The position numbers and the translations under genes were made by a program. A stretch of 64,000 nt of DNA from Isurus oxyrinchus (lineage: Eukaryota). The notes beneath the pieces were generated by a model that was not told where the DNA came from, ran no database searches, and saw nothing but the letters and a program-made list of their open reading frames with translations. Shown one piece after another: positions 39,431 to 51,453 of this stretch (position 1 is the first letter of the stretch; every line of letters begins with the position of its first letter). The stretch covers positions 103,044,001 to 103,108,000 of the forward strand of contig JANJGN010000015.1 in assembly GCA_026770705.1 (NCBI GenBank), in the 5' to 3' direction.

Positions 39431-42400
39431 GACAGAACAATGGGATCCAACGCTAGTAAAATATTAAAATACAAAAATACCCGCTCAATCATTGGATTTG
39501 GACATTAAATCCAAATCATTAAATAGTTTAGGACTATTTCTATTTTTGAATGATTTATTGATATACCGGGTATTGGGCAGACATCTGTGACTTATTAACT
39601 AACACTGTATAATTGCTCAGAAATTGGCCAATTTAAAAGCAGGTACAAATACTCTCATACCTGCCTTAGCAATAGCCAAGAAGAAACAACACACACAGGC
39701 AGCTTTGGACTGTACTCACGTTACTGAACACCTAGATTGAAGAAATGGCAAGTAATTAGCTTTGCCAATCTTCCCAAATATGAAAAACAGAGTAACTTCT
39801 AAACATTGGATCCTGTTTTATACTGATGGTTGAACAGAGGCTACACATATCAAAAGAACTGTTTCAAACTGAATGTATATTAATATCACAAATTTGTCTT
39901 ATAATGTGAATAATGCTAAATGGGACTTGCTCTTTGGCACTAACATGGTACTTAAAAAGATGGTGATTAGAGTTTATCTAACTTTGTATAGGCCTTTAGG
40001 TTAAACCTCTATTTAGAGAAAGGTCAGGATAAAGGAAACTTCCATTGTTTGCTAATTTCTGAAATTGAAAACTGTGGATGCCGAACAAAAGGCCAAATAC
40101 AGACTGCAGCGTAATAAAGGCTATACATGGTTACCTCGTTGAAGCAGTTCTCGGTTTAAAAGGGATGATTTGTTCTTTCTATGGAGTTTGGTTATGCATA
40201 TGCAAGGACTTCTGGCCTCTGTACTTTACTGCGCAAGAGTGTTCTCCTTGAATGTAGCAATTTATTTGTGATCCAATCAAGAGCCATTTAGAATTGTGTC
40301 ATATTCTTGTAATAATTAAGAATATTTAGTTTCATAAAACAAATGAAATATCTAGAGTTGTTGACAAAGACAAGTGGGAAAACAGCAACTGGTTGTGAAT
40401 ATTCCACATGGGGAAGGGAACAAGGCTAGGCTTTGAATGGTGGTAGCTAGAAAGTAACAGCACATCACAATTTTGACAGAGGAAATGAGGCAAGATGTCT
40501 GATTTTTATTGAACACGCGGTTAACGGATAATTCCACAATTATACTTTCAGGAATTATTTGATTAATTAGTCAAGCTACCATTCACTGAACTGATCAACG
40601 TAGCCAAACTTAGATGGCTAGTGACCAGTGGTTTGGGTAAAACTCACCGTACCACAAAACTACAGGATAGAGAATCTCCTAATTATTCTTCACAAGCTGG
40701 TTCCTGAATGGAAGCTAAGCTTATCCAAAAGGGAAGAGGGGACAACTGGTGAGTAATTTATTTCCAGATTGCTCATATAATTTTTCACAGCTGAATATAT
40801 AATGGAATGAACTAAGCCTGGTGAACAGGCCACCTGACTAATCCCTGAAAAAGGTAATGAAACACATGTAGACAGGAGACAATTATAAATGATACAAAAA
40901 GCATTAAGGCATTTTCTTGATAATAGCATAAATGCAAAGGTCAAGCATGGTAAAGAGCCTAATTCCCTTAGTATTATCAGAAAACTTTGCATTGATACAG
41001 AAACTTTACAAATAATGTGAGTGAACTGCACAATTCAATTAGGCATACCCAAGCTAAATTGAACATTTCTTGACAAATCAATCTCTCTTCACCCCACCAC
41101 CAGTGACTGTGCCTTTAGCCACCTAGGTATTCCCCACCTAGTTACCCTTCTGTCCCTGTACCTTTAAGACCTCTCTTGAAATCCAATGTTTGACCAAACT
41201 TTTCTTCCATCTCCTTCTTTGGCTCAGCATTAATTTATTCCTTATGCATCTGTGAAGTGTTACAAGATACTTTTCTACATTAAGTATTATTTAAATGGGA
41301 GTTGTTGTTGTTTATTAAAATTCCACTGTACTAACGAAAACTGCATCTGCCTTGTCAATCCAGAGATGTGGGTTGCTAAAAATGAATGGGCAGTACAATG
41401 ATAGACAGATATTACAAATGAGCACGAGTGCGTGAAGATTTAACCATCTTTACTCAGCAAGACCAAAATCAAGACTGCCCCCATTTGCCTGCAATCTCAT
41501 AGCATCTACCCTTACCTGTGCCCTCTATTCAATTCATTTGTGAGGCAGTATAAAAATTACCAGCTCATCGAATGTACAGTGGCTTCATTCACTACAAAAA
41601 TAAATTGCATAAGCGAGAGTCACATTTGTTTTTTCCTGTTGTGAAACTCCTGCTTTGCAATTTAAGGATTAGGAAGGGTGGGAGCGACTAACTGCACTCA
41701 TCCATCTCTGAATCAATCAATCAATAGTAGCAAGGTAAACAGGGTTAACCAAGAATGGATTACACCTAGTGCATCTTTCAGTAAACTCAGACATCATTAA
41801 CAGTAAAGGGACACAAATTTAGATGTTGTAGCTGTTTTCAGAATATCATGCAAAGCCTTAACAATGATAAGGATTGACTCTGGGAATATTATCTCAGATT
41901 CCAATTCTGTTTACGGAAGGTAACTGCGTTTGCCAGATCTTTCCAAAAAAACAGCCCAGACACTGTAATTAACACTGCAGTAGGGTTTCATGAGTGGGGG
42001 TTGTTTTGAATCTTGAACCTCTATTGAACTTGTTTAGACATGGAGTCAATTAAACAGTTAGCCAATAACTGTGACACAGCACAATCAAATCTATCCCCAG
42101 GACTGGTATTAGCTAACATGCACATAATGGCATCACCAACAAAATCCATATGTTGTGTATCACAGCTTTGAGATCTGAAGATCAGTCAGAAGTATAAACT
42201 AAAAAGGACAATATTTGCATAATAAATAACATTTTTCAACTTCACATCTCAAGGGAATCAGGGCCATTTACCTTAATCTATTTTAGAACCATAAAAGGAA
42301 TGACAAATTGATTTCAAAACTACCGTAAAATTACCATGAGTTCAGAGCAGAGAAATAGTGTGTTTGCACAAAACACATCAACCCAGTTACTGACCTATAT

Positions 42401-42489
42401 AAAGCATTAAAACAGGTTGCTTATTCAGATTATTTATCATAAGCTGCATTTCCTAAAAACACTTTGAAAGGCAGTGTCAAATGGTAAAA

Positions 42490-43065
42490 AGGATGGTTCT
42501 TAGAGTTCCCTGACAAAATGCATATACTCTGCAAACAAAGCACTGGGTTTCATTTCTAGAGGAATAAAACTTAAAAGCAAAAAGGGTAGATTAAACTTAT
42601 GAAGAACCTTCAGTAGGTCACTGTTAGATAATCATGCAGGGTTCTAATCTCCATATAGAGGTATTGGTAAAGGTTCCAGAAAGATTTATGTAGGTAATAA
42701 AAAAACTGAGAGGTTGCACAGACTGGAGCTCTATTCTCTAGAAAAGGTTGAGGGGTGACCTAACAGAGATCTTTAAGTCTATTAAAGAGATGTTGCTTCC
42801 ACTTGAGGTGGAGGGGAGGAATAAAACCAGAGGACATAAAAATAGCCACCAATAAATCCAATACAAAAATCAGGAATTATGAGTTTGAGGCAAATAGCGT
42901 AAATGCAATTAAGGGGAAATTAGATAATTATATGAGGAAGAGAAGTTCAGAAGGATATGTTGACGGAGTTAGATAAAGTAGGGTGGATGAAGGATCATGT
43001 GGAGCATAAACATCAGCATAGACCTGTTGGGCCATATGGTTTCTTTCTATGTTGTAAATGCTATG
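42490..43065 (+). mobile_element. Degraded CR1 3' fragment
   Basis: aggttgaggggtgacctaacagagatctttaag and 3' UTR ggagcataaacatcagcatagacctgttgggcc. Confidence 0.7.
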
Positions 43066-44434
43066 TCGGTCAAAGCATACCTGCTCTACGAATCTATGCT
43101 CTGCAAAACCACCTCCCTCAGTTTTAAACTATTTTGCTAGAAACGCAGGAGTCAATAGCGTAATTACATAAGTAATGCAGTACTAAAAAACGCTGGTTGC
43201 AACATTTTAAACTAGGTTTATGGCACGAGACACACCTTTTTCTTCCCAGGGGTGGGTATGTTAACAACTTGAACGTTCATGATTGGTTACTCCCACAGCA
43301 TTGCCTCTGTTCCAGCCTCAAGGCAACTGAGCCCATGCACCACATTTTGCCACAGTGGGCCCCAGAATGCAAGGAGCAAAATAATTTAAAAATATAAAGC
43401 TAAAAGTAAAGTAGAACATTTAAATATGTCTCACTTGTGTTCATGTAGGATTGGGTGCCTTCATGTGATCTCACCCATCATGTTATAGGCTTATGGCAAT
43501 ACTTCATACACAATGACACACCATACTACAAATATGAACATTTGCTGACATAGAATTCTCAAGTATTTTTAAAATTATACTTTTTCATTTAAAATTTTAT
43601 TAAACACTTATCAAACATCTTGATCACTTTGTGCCCCTAGTATCTCCCACAAAACAAGCTGCTTCTGTGTAGTTTACTACTCATCGTGAATTAACATTTT
43701 GCTGCCATGTATATAGTGATGACAAAATGCTGTTGTTGAAAATGGCTTCAAAGCTTATATGCACTGTATAAGAATGCAATGTTGCTCTCCTGCCACTATT
43801 TGCATATCCCTGCATAATTTTAAATAAAAAGTTTCATAATATTACAAGCACAAGACATTACCTTCATTCCAGAAGCAAATTGGTGTATTAACATATGTAA
43901 ATGTATGATGCCAAGTTATTTTTCTAACCAGATCCAGCTATCTTAGTGGAGTGCTCATCCTGAACTTAACTTCATTCTTCTGTGGTAAGGGCCCACATTC
44001 AAGTGTTGCTAAATATATAGTGATCCTTCCAGAAACAACCCACTTTTGGAAGGGCAACTTTACTGCCAAGAGTTTTCCACATTTCAGTTGTCAATGCATG
44101 AAAATGCTCCTTATTACTACACTTTTTTGAAATTCCAGTGAGAACAATGCATTCACTACTTTTGTATCACACAGGTACATCACAAGCTTTGTGAAAGCTG
44201 GCTTTTGTGCTAATTGTTTCCATTATTGAAATACACAATTTCAGAATCTCTCAGGAAAAAAAGATTAAAACAACAATTTAACAGTATAAAGAACAGGCAA
44301 TAACAATCAGTGTTGGTTTACTGACTTGTACAGTTCACCTTTTCCGATGAATGGTAAAAACAATATCCACATGATTCCCTTTGCTCTGATGTCATATGGT
44401 GGGAATTATTGGTGTTATGCTCCTCTCCACCTAC

Positions 44435-44908
44435 CTGTCACTGCTGGTACTACTGCTGCTGCTGACTGAATCACTGCTTGATGACCTACTCCGGGACCCA
44501 CTGCCACTGGGTGAACGCCGTGACCTTGATGCTTGACTAGATCGTTGTGGGGACTGGTTTCCTGACCGTGAGGAATGTGGGGATCGACTCCTGCTGTGCT
44601 GATAATTTTTTTCCTGTCGTCTCCCTCTTACTTCCCGAGTAATGTCTTCCCTGTAGAGGTCTCGGTGCACTACACTTGATATTGCAAACTGTTCCCTCCC
44701 TCTTTGTTCATAACGTGGATCATGAGCTTCAAATCGAGTTGGACTTCGACTTCTTGACCCATAATAAACTCCATGTTGTATAGTTCGATCTCGAGGATCT
44801 CTATAGTAATCCTGTTCATAATGTCTGGGGCGATCAAACCCTGCCGCTGTACGATCGTGGTGTCCATAGGCACTGTGATCATAAGTACGCTCCCTGTTAT
44901 CAGAAGCC
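44435..44908 (-). CDS. SPEN: SPEN exon 3 (474 nt): Arg/Ser/Asp-rich linker
   Basis: ASDNRERTYDHSAYGHHDR...SRSRSPHSS...SSSDSVSSSSSTSSD. Acceptor acacag|GGCTTC; donor GACAG|gtaggt; in frame with exon 2. Confidence 0.96.
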
Positions 44909-46241
44909 CTGTGTTTTGTTTGGGGATGGGGAGGAGGAGGAAAAAATAAGAATCTGTCAAGCATCAGCAAAATAGCAAAAAGTCCCCCAAATTGCCCCTT
45001 CTAAGCTCAGGGAAAACAAGCATTTGAATTTTAACTAGAGAGTATATAGAAACAATAGAGAAATTAGCAATAGCAAGGTATTCCGTAACTAAAATAGTTG
45101 GCATCAGGTTTCTCATTATTTAACTTTTTGAATTAGACATCAGTACAGCTTATGTTTTCCAATTCCCAGGCACCGACAGACAAGTCAAATTAATGTTTAT
45201 ATTATACTTAAGAGTTTTTGATATTTTCACATTAAGAATTCTCCCACTATCTCTTTCCTTGGCTCCATCAATTATTTTAAATTACAGAACTAATCATTTA
45301 AAAACTATACAGGAAGTCCTTAGATTTTCAAATATTGTGCTATACACCAAATCAATCCATAAGGGCGCTGACCATCAAACCTCAAACTACAAAGAACAAC
45401 ATTTTGTAGCCAGTGTTTAACCAGAAAACTCATGATTGGAAGAAAGCAAGAATTAAGCAGCAGCAGTTGTGCTGGTTATCTGTACCAGATGATGGCAATT
45501 CATTTTTTGAATATTAAAATTGGCTGAACCTCTGTAACCACTTTGACAAGGAGACAATCAGGCAGCAGTTGCTGAAAGGTGAACCTCTTATGTCCAAACC
45601 TCCAAGGAAAGTCCCCAGTGCAGAACACTGAAGGTTGCACCAAAAATTAAGTTACATTGTTGGTTGCTTCCTGTGGGCTTATGAGGTCCAAAAGGCTAAA
45701 AAGCTAGCCTGATTCACTATTCACATTTGTTCAAGAAAAGTCCTTCCTTTAAAAAAAATTAACTGCTTTCTTCCAATTTCCATCCTTTACAGTTAAATAT
45801 TTACTTCCTGATTTCCAAATGAAGTGATGCTTCATTAATTTTATTTAGCTAGTTATATTTCCTAATTATCAGGCATTAAAGATATGGAAAATATTGTTAT
45901 AGAGCCTGATTCAACATGGGTTGATTAATTGTTAAATATTTTATCTCCATAACAATGTAAAGAAATGTGGTTATTTTAATTTCGGATTTTATATCATTCT
46001 ACCCTGTGCTCTTATTAAATTATTTCATTTTCATTCTGGCTATTTTTGTCCCAACCCATTCTACATTTCTCCCACACAAGCTGTTAAAACATTATTACAT
46101 TTTTTTGTTAACATTCTACAGATTCAGGAAACACTGAGCAGCAAAGCACTAAACTATGCATAATGTCAACTTGACTTAATTTTTTAAGCTACAGTTACAG
46201 AACTGAGCTTACAACATACTGTGGAATCATTTTACACTGAC

Positions 46242-46292
46242 CTTTCAGCAATCAGAAGAAGCAAGCTGATTCCAAAGCGTTACTGCCATCAG
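46242..46292 (-). other. Candidate 51-nt stop-containing cassette (poison) exon in SPEN intron 2
   Basis: Acceptor tttgtattttttgtatgtcag|CTGATG; donor AAG|gtcagt. Joined to exon 2 it reads GG|C TGA, an immediate stop. Confidence 0.5.
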
Positions 46293-46491
46293 CTGACATA
46301 CAAAAAATACAAACTCCTAATTCATGAAAGACACAGACAGGCAGAGGAGCTAATAGAGCTGTAAGTCAGTGAGATTCTATTGGCTAAAGTGCTGTTTGAA
46401 TTTCTAGCAGTGCTACTGACTACTGAAGTTAGTGGAAAGGAAGGGTTGACTGGGTTAGGAGAGGGGCTAAGATATACATGGCAGGACATAC

Positions 46492-46537
46492 CAACCTTTT
46501 TAGACTGCAGTAAACACGACCTAAATCCCAATTAAAT
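46492..46537 (-). other. Candidate 46-nt frameshifting cassette (poison) exon in SPEN intron 2
   Basis: Acceptor tttgtacacttttctctccctag|ATTT; donor TTG|gtatgt. Inclusion gives ...AGG TTG|GGC TTC TGA, a stop 3 codons into exon 3. Confidence 0.6.
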
Positions 46538-47858
46538 CTAGGGAGAGAAAAGTGTACAAACATTCCCAATTTGGTCCCCTCTTAAAGGGGTAATCCAACT
46601 TCGGATAGTGCTAGTGCCGCATTGATTTGGGGATTGTATCAAGAAAACTGAACGCCCAAGATAGATAAACTTCCATTGCCAGTGTTAAGTGCATTCGCCT
46701 GAAAACAGATAGCTCCCAAAGTTAAAAAGTAACTCCCAAACCCCAAGACCTTTCTGAGATGGCGAAGTGCGTTCAATTTGATGCGTGTCGGTAGATAGAC
46801 GTATCCCAATTCTTGAGTCGATATTAAGCAACTACACCCGTTACTCCTAGGGCACAGTGCTTTCTTCTAGTAGAAGGCATTTATTATCCATTTTCTAGCA
46901 GTCAGTAGCCATTCAATTCTTATGAAATCTTTTCACATTTGATCTGAAAATTAAAATGTAACGTATCCACTAACAATTTTCCCTTGTTTGATAGTCCATT
47001 GGTACAATAAGGTAGAATCAAGAAGTATGTCAAACACAAACCAGGTAATCCATTCTGCCATACAACTACTTAAAGGTGCATATAATCCCGTGTTGAAGAG
47101 AAAGTGACCTCTATTCCATTATACGGGGAAAATGGCATTCCAAATGTTTAAAAGTTTCTAATATTTTATCTTTAGCCCATAAATATCCATAAGATCCAAT
47201 CAGGGAGAAACAAAATAAACAGTACAGATTTGTAGACCCATGACAACTGTATCTGTTACGTCCTCATTCTTCAGTTTTCCTTGCATGTATTCCTGTTGAA
47301 AATCATTGGCTGTAATATCCTTCCAGGAAATAGTAGATCAAAAGAGTACTCTATCTTCATAGAAATATTTCATATCCAAAGAATGTGCATCAATATTTTA
47401 TGTTTAAACCAAAGCCAAATATAATTGTGCAGACAGTCTTCAATGCACTTCAGTATTGCCTCAAAAAGTAGGTCTGGTAATCCCATAGTATTCCTCAGGT
47501 TAGTTGCACCAGACAGTAATATTATAGCCACTCGATCGAAGGGATACATCCAGAGGGAACTGCTTGCAATCCAGGGAGAAAAGGGAAGCTTATTACGAGG
47601 GTTAACTCCATATTAACTGACAGAAACCTTCCATCAAACTAACCAAACTTATCCCAGGAGTAGTCATCCAGCCAGCTGCAGGATAGATCCACTGCGAATA
47701 GGCCAGAGCTGCTACTGGATTCAATTCTCTTCCATATCCAACAACGGTACGAATGTACAGATTTCCTCAATAAATCCATCTGGGGAACCTATACATGAGT
47801 TGCTGCTTCTCACCACACTATTTATCAAAACCCTGCCTAGAGAAACCTTGGAACTTAC

Positions 47859-48179
47859 CCATCAAGTCTCCGTTCATAACGTCCTTCCCGTCCATGTAGT
47901 GATGGTGGTGGTCCATATGTTGGCCCCCCACCACCTCCCCTGAACCCTGAAACCTCTCTAGTACGAGTTCCTATAGGAACGGTATCATCTAATCCCCGAG
48001 CAGCACTCGGAATAGTGCCAGGCTCATTGTAATCCGTTCGCAGATCCCTGTCTCCCATTTTGTTGACAGAATTGTGCGCTTTCTGCGCACTCTTGATGTC
48101 CACAAAATCCACAAAGGCTGCCACTCCACCTTCTGAGCCCCTTTTGGGAAGAATTTTGACACTTTCCACACGGCCATAT
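47859..48179 (-). CDS. SPEN: SPEN exon 2 (321 nt): C-terminal part of RRM1 and Gly-rich linker
   Basis: Translates (R)YGRVESVKILPKRGSEGGVAAFVDFVDIKSAQKAHNSVNKMGDRDLRTDYNEPG...ERRLDG, recognisable vertebrate SPEN. Acceptor ttttctttcag|ATATGG; donor GATGG|gtaagt; phase 2 to phase 2. Confidence 0.97.
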
Positions 48180-49149
48180 CTGAAAGAAAAAGAAAAACAG
48201 AATTAGCTTAACCATTTTAAATTTAAATAGGTTGTGCTTAACTGTTCAAGGATACAACCATATATAAATATGCACAGTATAAATCTGCCAGGACATGATA
48301 CAATTGAGGGTTTGTATAATAATCCGCAAATTCATATTGTATCATTTTTATCATTTTGTTTTCTGCGCTAGAAAGAAATTTATTTGCAGTTTTGCAGTGC
48401 ATTATATTATATATTAAGATTTCTAATGGAAATACGTTGTTCAGGTGCTGGATGCACTGTCTCCAATAAAGTATATCCAAAAGCATAGAATAAGCATCAT
48501 TTTTATAGTTCAAGAATGTGCAGGGAGATGGGGGGGTGGTTAAGCTGTTTTAACATCCAGTTCACGAATACACAACAAAGTTCTGCCCGATCACCAGAAT
48601 CTAGACCATTGTATTGATATGTATCATCACTGCATAAAGGAACATCTACCATTTCCTATCAAGCCACTCTAAGATGTTGATTTACACCATGCTGAGTAAT
48701 CCGTTTTAATTAAATTAATCGATGTGTGGATTCTTCTTCAGACAAAGTGAGGCCTGAGGTAAAAATTTGATCAGAGTACACAAGCAATGGTCAGATATGC
48801 TACCCAACATTTACTGAAGTGCATTACAAAATTTATTAATCAATTTATTTATTTCTTCTGTTCTAGTTTGTTTAAACTAATTTTGGCCAAAGTATTACTT
48901 TCTTTTTTAAAAATTTATACAAAAAAATGAAAGCATTGATAAAAAGGAACCAATTTGCCATTTACTGAATTACTGCTACAAATAAACATGATCTCTAAGC
49001 AAAGTGTCTTAAACCAGAAAGTCTCACAACCTGCATTACTAAGTCATAAATTTTAATTTTCCATCATATCTCTACAGGTTTTTTTTAAACTGTAGTCAAT
49101 CCTCTCCCTTATTTTCCTGAAGGGTTTCAATTATCGCATTTCTTACAAG

Positions 49150-49565
49150 TGTCAGCCATAGATCAGTGATAGCACACTCAATTGAGGCAGAAGATTTGGG
49201 TTCAAGTCCTACTTCAGAGGCTTCAGCACAAAATTAAGGCTGACACTCCAGTGCAGGACCAACGAAGCATTGCCCTGACAAAGGTGCCATCTTTTGGATG
49301 AAACGTTAAATTAAAGCCCCACCTGTCTTCTCAGATGATATAACAGCAGGAAAGTTTTCCCTGGTGACCTGTTCAAGATGTATCCCTCAACCAACACCAT
49401 TAAAATGGATTATCTGGGCTTTGCTAATTGTAGGACCTTACTGTGCACAAACTGACTGCCATGTTTCCTATATTACTACAGTGACTATACAGCCAACAAC
49501 ATAATTTTGAAGTAAAGTGCTTTGGTATACTCTGTGGATGTGCAAGACACAAGTCTTTCTTTCTT
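49150..49565 (+). mobile_element. Deu-domain SINE (SacSINE1/AmnSINE1-like), near full length
   Basis: tRNA-like head with gggttcaagtcc B-box, Deu core aggtgccatcttttggatgaaacgttaaa, and (tctt)n tail. Fragments of this family also occur at ~28130-28420 (-), ~34580-34790 (+) and ~62775-63075 (-). Confidence 0.75.
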
Positions 49566-49954
49566 TGGCTGCTGAATGCTCTCTGATACTTCATTCATAG
49601 CACAGTAGAGCTTGATCCTATTGTCACTTGATGACTACACATAGACTATTTCCACACTGGTATGCTAGTGCTACTGGTTCTCAAAATATGTCTCACATAC
49701 AGTGGCTACCCAAAGTAAATTTGATAAATTTGCTAAGATTGGCCTGGTGGTATTTGGCAAATTAATTTTACAATTGGGGTTGGCTGCACTAGATTTGCAT
49801 TTTTGGAGTCCATGGCAATGCCACGTATCAATAAACTAAAAACAGCCATATGTACTTCTAGCAGGAGTTTCTGTGACCAGAAACAAAAACTTAAGCAAAT
49901 TTTGTCATCCAAACCTAAATAATAATACTCCAACTGTTCCCCATTGGCTGAGAA

Positions 49955-50615
49955 TTTTTTCATCATTTCATGGAATGTGAGTGTTGCTGGCAAAACCAGC
50001 ATTTGTTGCTCATCCCCAATTGCTCTTGAGAAGGTGGTGGTAAGACACCTTCTTGAACCGCTGCAGTCCACATGGTCTAGGTACATGTACAGTGTTGTTA
50101 GGATTTTGACTCAGCAACAGTGAAGGAACTGCAATAGAGCTCCAATTAGGATGATGTGTGGCTTGGAGGGGAATTTGCAACTGGTGCTGTTCCCATGCAT
50201 TTTGCCCTTCTAGGTGGTTAAAGTCACAGGTTTGAAAAGTGCTGTCAAAGGAGCCTTGTTGAGTTGCTGCTGTGTATCTTGTAGTCACTGTGTTGGTGGT
50301 GGAGGAGGTGAATGTTTAAGGTAGTAGATCAGTTGTTGATCAAGCAGGGTGCTTTGTCCTGGCTAGTGTTGAGCTTCTTCAGTATTGTTTGGAGCAGCAC
50401 TCATCTAAGCAAGTGGTGAGTATTCCATCACATTCCTGACTTGTGCCTTGTTGATGGTGGATAGGCTTTAGGGAGTCAGGTGGTTTGTGAGGCAAATGTT
50501 ACTTGCCACTTATCAGGCCAAGTATGACTACTATCCAAGTCTTGCAGCATATGGACAAGGACTGCTTCAGTATCTGAGGAGTTGTGAATGGTACTTAACA
50601 CTGTGCAGTCATCAA
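49955..50615 (-). mobile_element. Same LINE family as 25590-26275, reverse orientation
   Basis: Reverse complement of the same 3' end and of the YKAQVR.VMEYSPLA region. Confidence 0.8.
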
Positions 50616-50739
50616 CTAAGTCAAAACAGATTTAGGACCTACCCCATCTGTAAGGTTCAGCTGTTCACGGAATAAATTCATTGTGCTATTGGGGTCGCCA
50701 TTTTCAGCATGTTTTGTTTTTAAATGAAAATTACCAAGA

Positions 50740-51453
50740 TGAGAATCTTATCCACCCAACCAATGGCATATTTGAAAGCCATTTAAATGAAACAGGTGGC
50801 TAGCCCACCATCTTCCTGTCCACCTCGAGCTGTTCCCCCATATTAGTGGGTAGATAAGGCATCAGCCCGCCTTTAGGCCTACTGAGGCCCTTAAAGGCCA
50901 ATTAAAGTCCACTTAAGGGCCTCTTTCTGCCTTCACTGTCATAGAGGAAGGCAGAGGAAAGTGGCCAGCCCGCCATTTTCCCAACTCGGGATAAAAGGTG
51001 AGAAGGGGGCGGTCCCGTGTCCATAGGTGGCACCCCTTGCAAAATGGTAGCACCCCCTCCAAGATGGTACCTCCCCCTTTCCTGCTCCACTCCCCCACCC
51101 TGCCCATTGTTTGGGTCCTCATCCTTCCTCGACCAAAAACGCCACACTTAGCTCAAAGTCCTGTATCCGTGGATCTTCCTCTTGGGACTCTCTGTATTCC
51201 CAGCAGCAGGCACTGCTGCATTTTAGCATTGCTGGGACTACTCAGCTGCTGGCCAATCAGATTAGCCAGCAGACCTCGAGGGTGGGACTTCCTGTTCTGA
51301 AGGGGCAGAAGTCCCACTCTCACCTCGTTAATGTCCCGTCCCGTCCCCCCGCATATTATCGCAGCGGGCAACCCATTTCAAAGTTAGCGGGTCCAAGGCC
51401 AACTTTTCTACTGGGGGTCGAGCATTACCACCCCCGCCCGTAAAATGCAACCC
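50740..51453. mobile_element. GC-rich MITE-like element, same family as 18412-19645
   Basis: Right end cgtaaaatgcaaccc; shared core gctggccaatcagattagccagcag...gggtgggacttcc. Left end degenerate. Confidence 0.65.

Noticed and set aside
44909-44970. MLMLDRFLFF as a true N-terminus of the 179-aa ORF
   Set aside because: It is the intron's branch and pyrimidine region read through. Kept only as a possible alternative acceptor.
46570-47800. Direct homology to the Xist A-repeat
   Set aside because: Only 4-6 nt motif overlap, no tandem repeat unit and no GCCCAUCGGGGC stem. Xist is eutherian-specific.
49150-49230. tRNA gene
   Set aside because: A tRNA-like SINE head continuing into a Deu domain and LINE-like tail; no intact cloverleaf.
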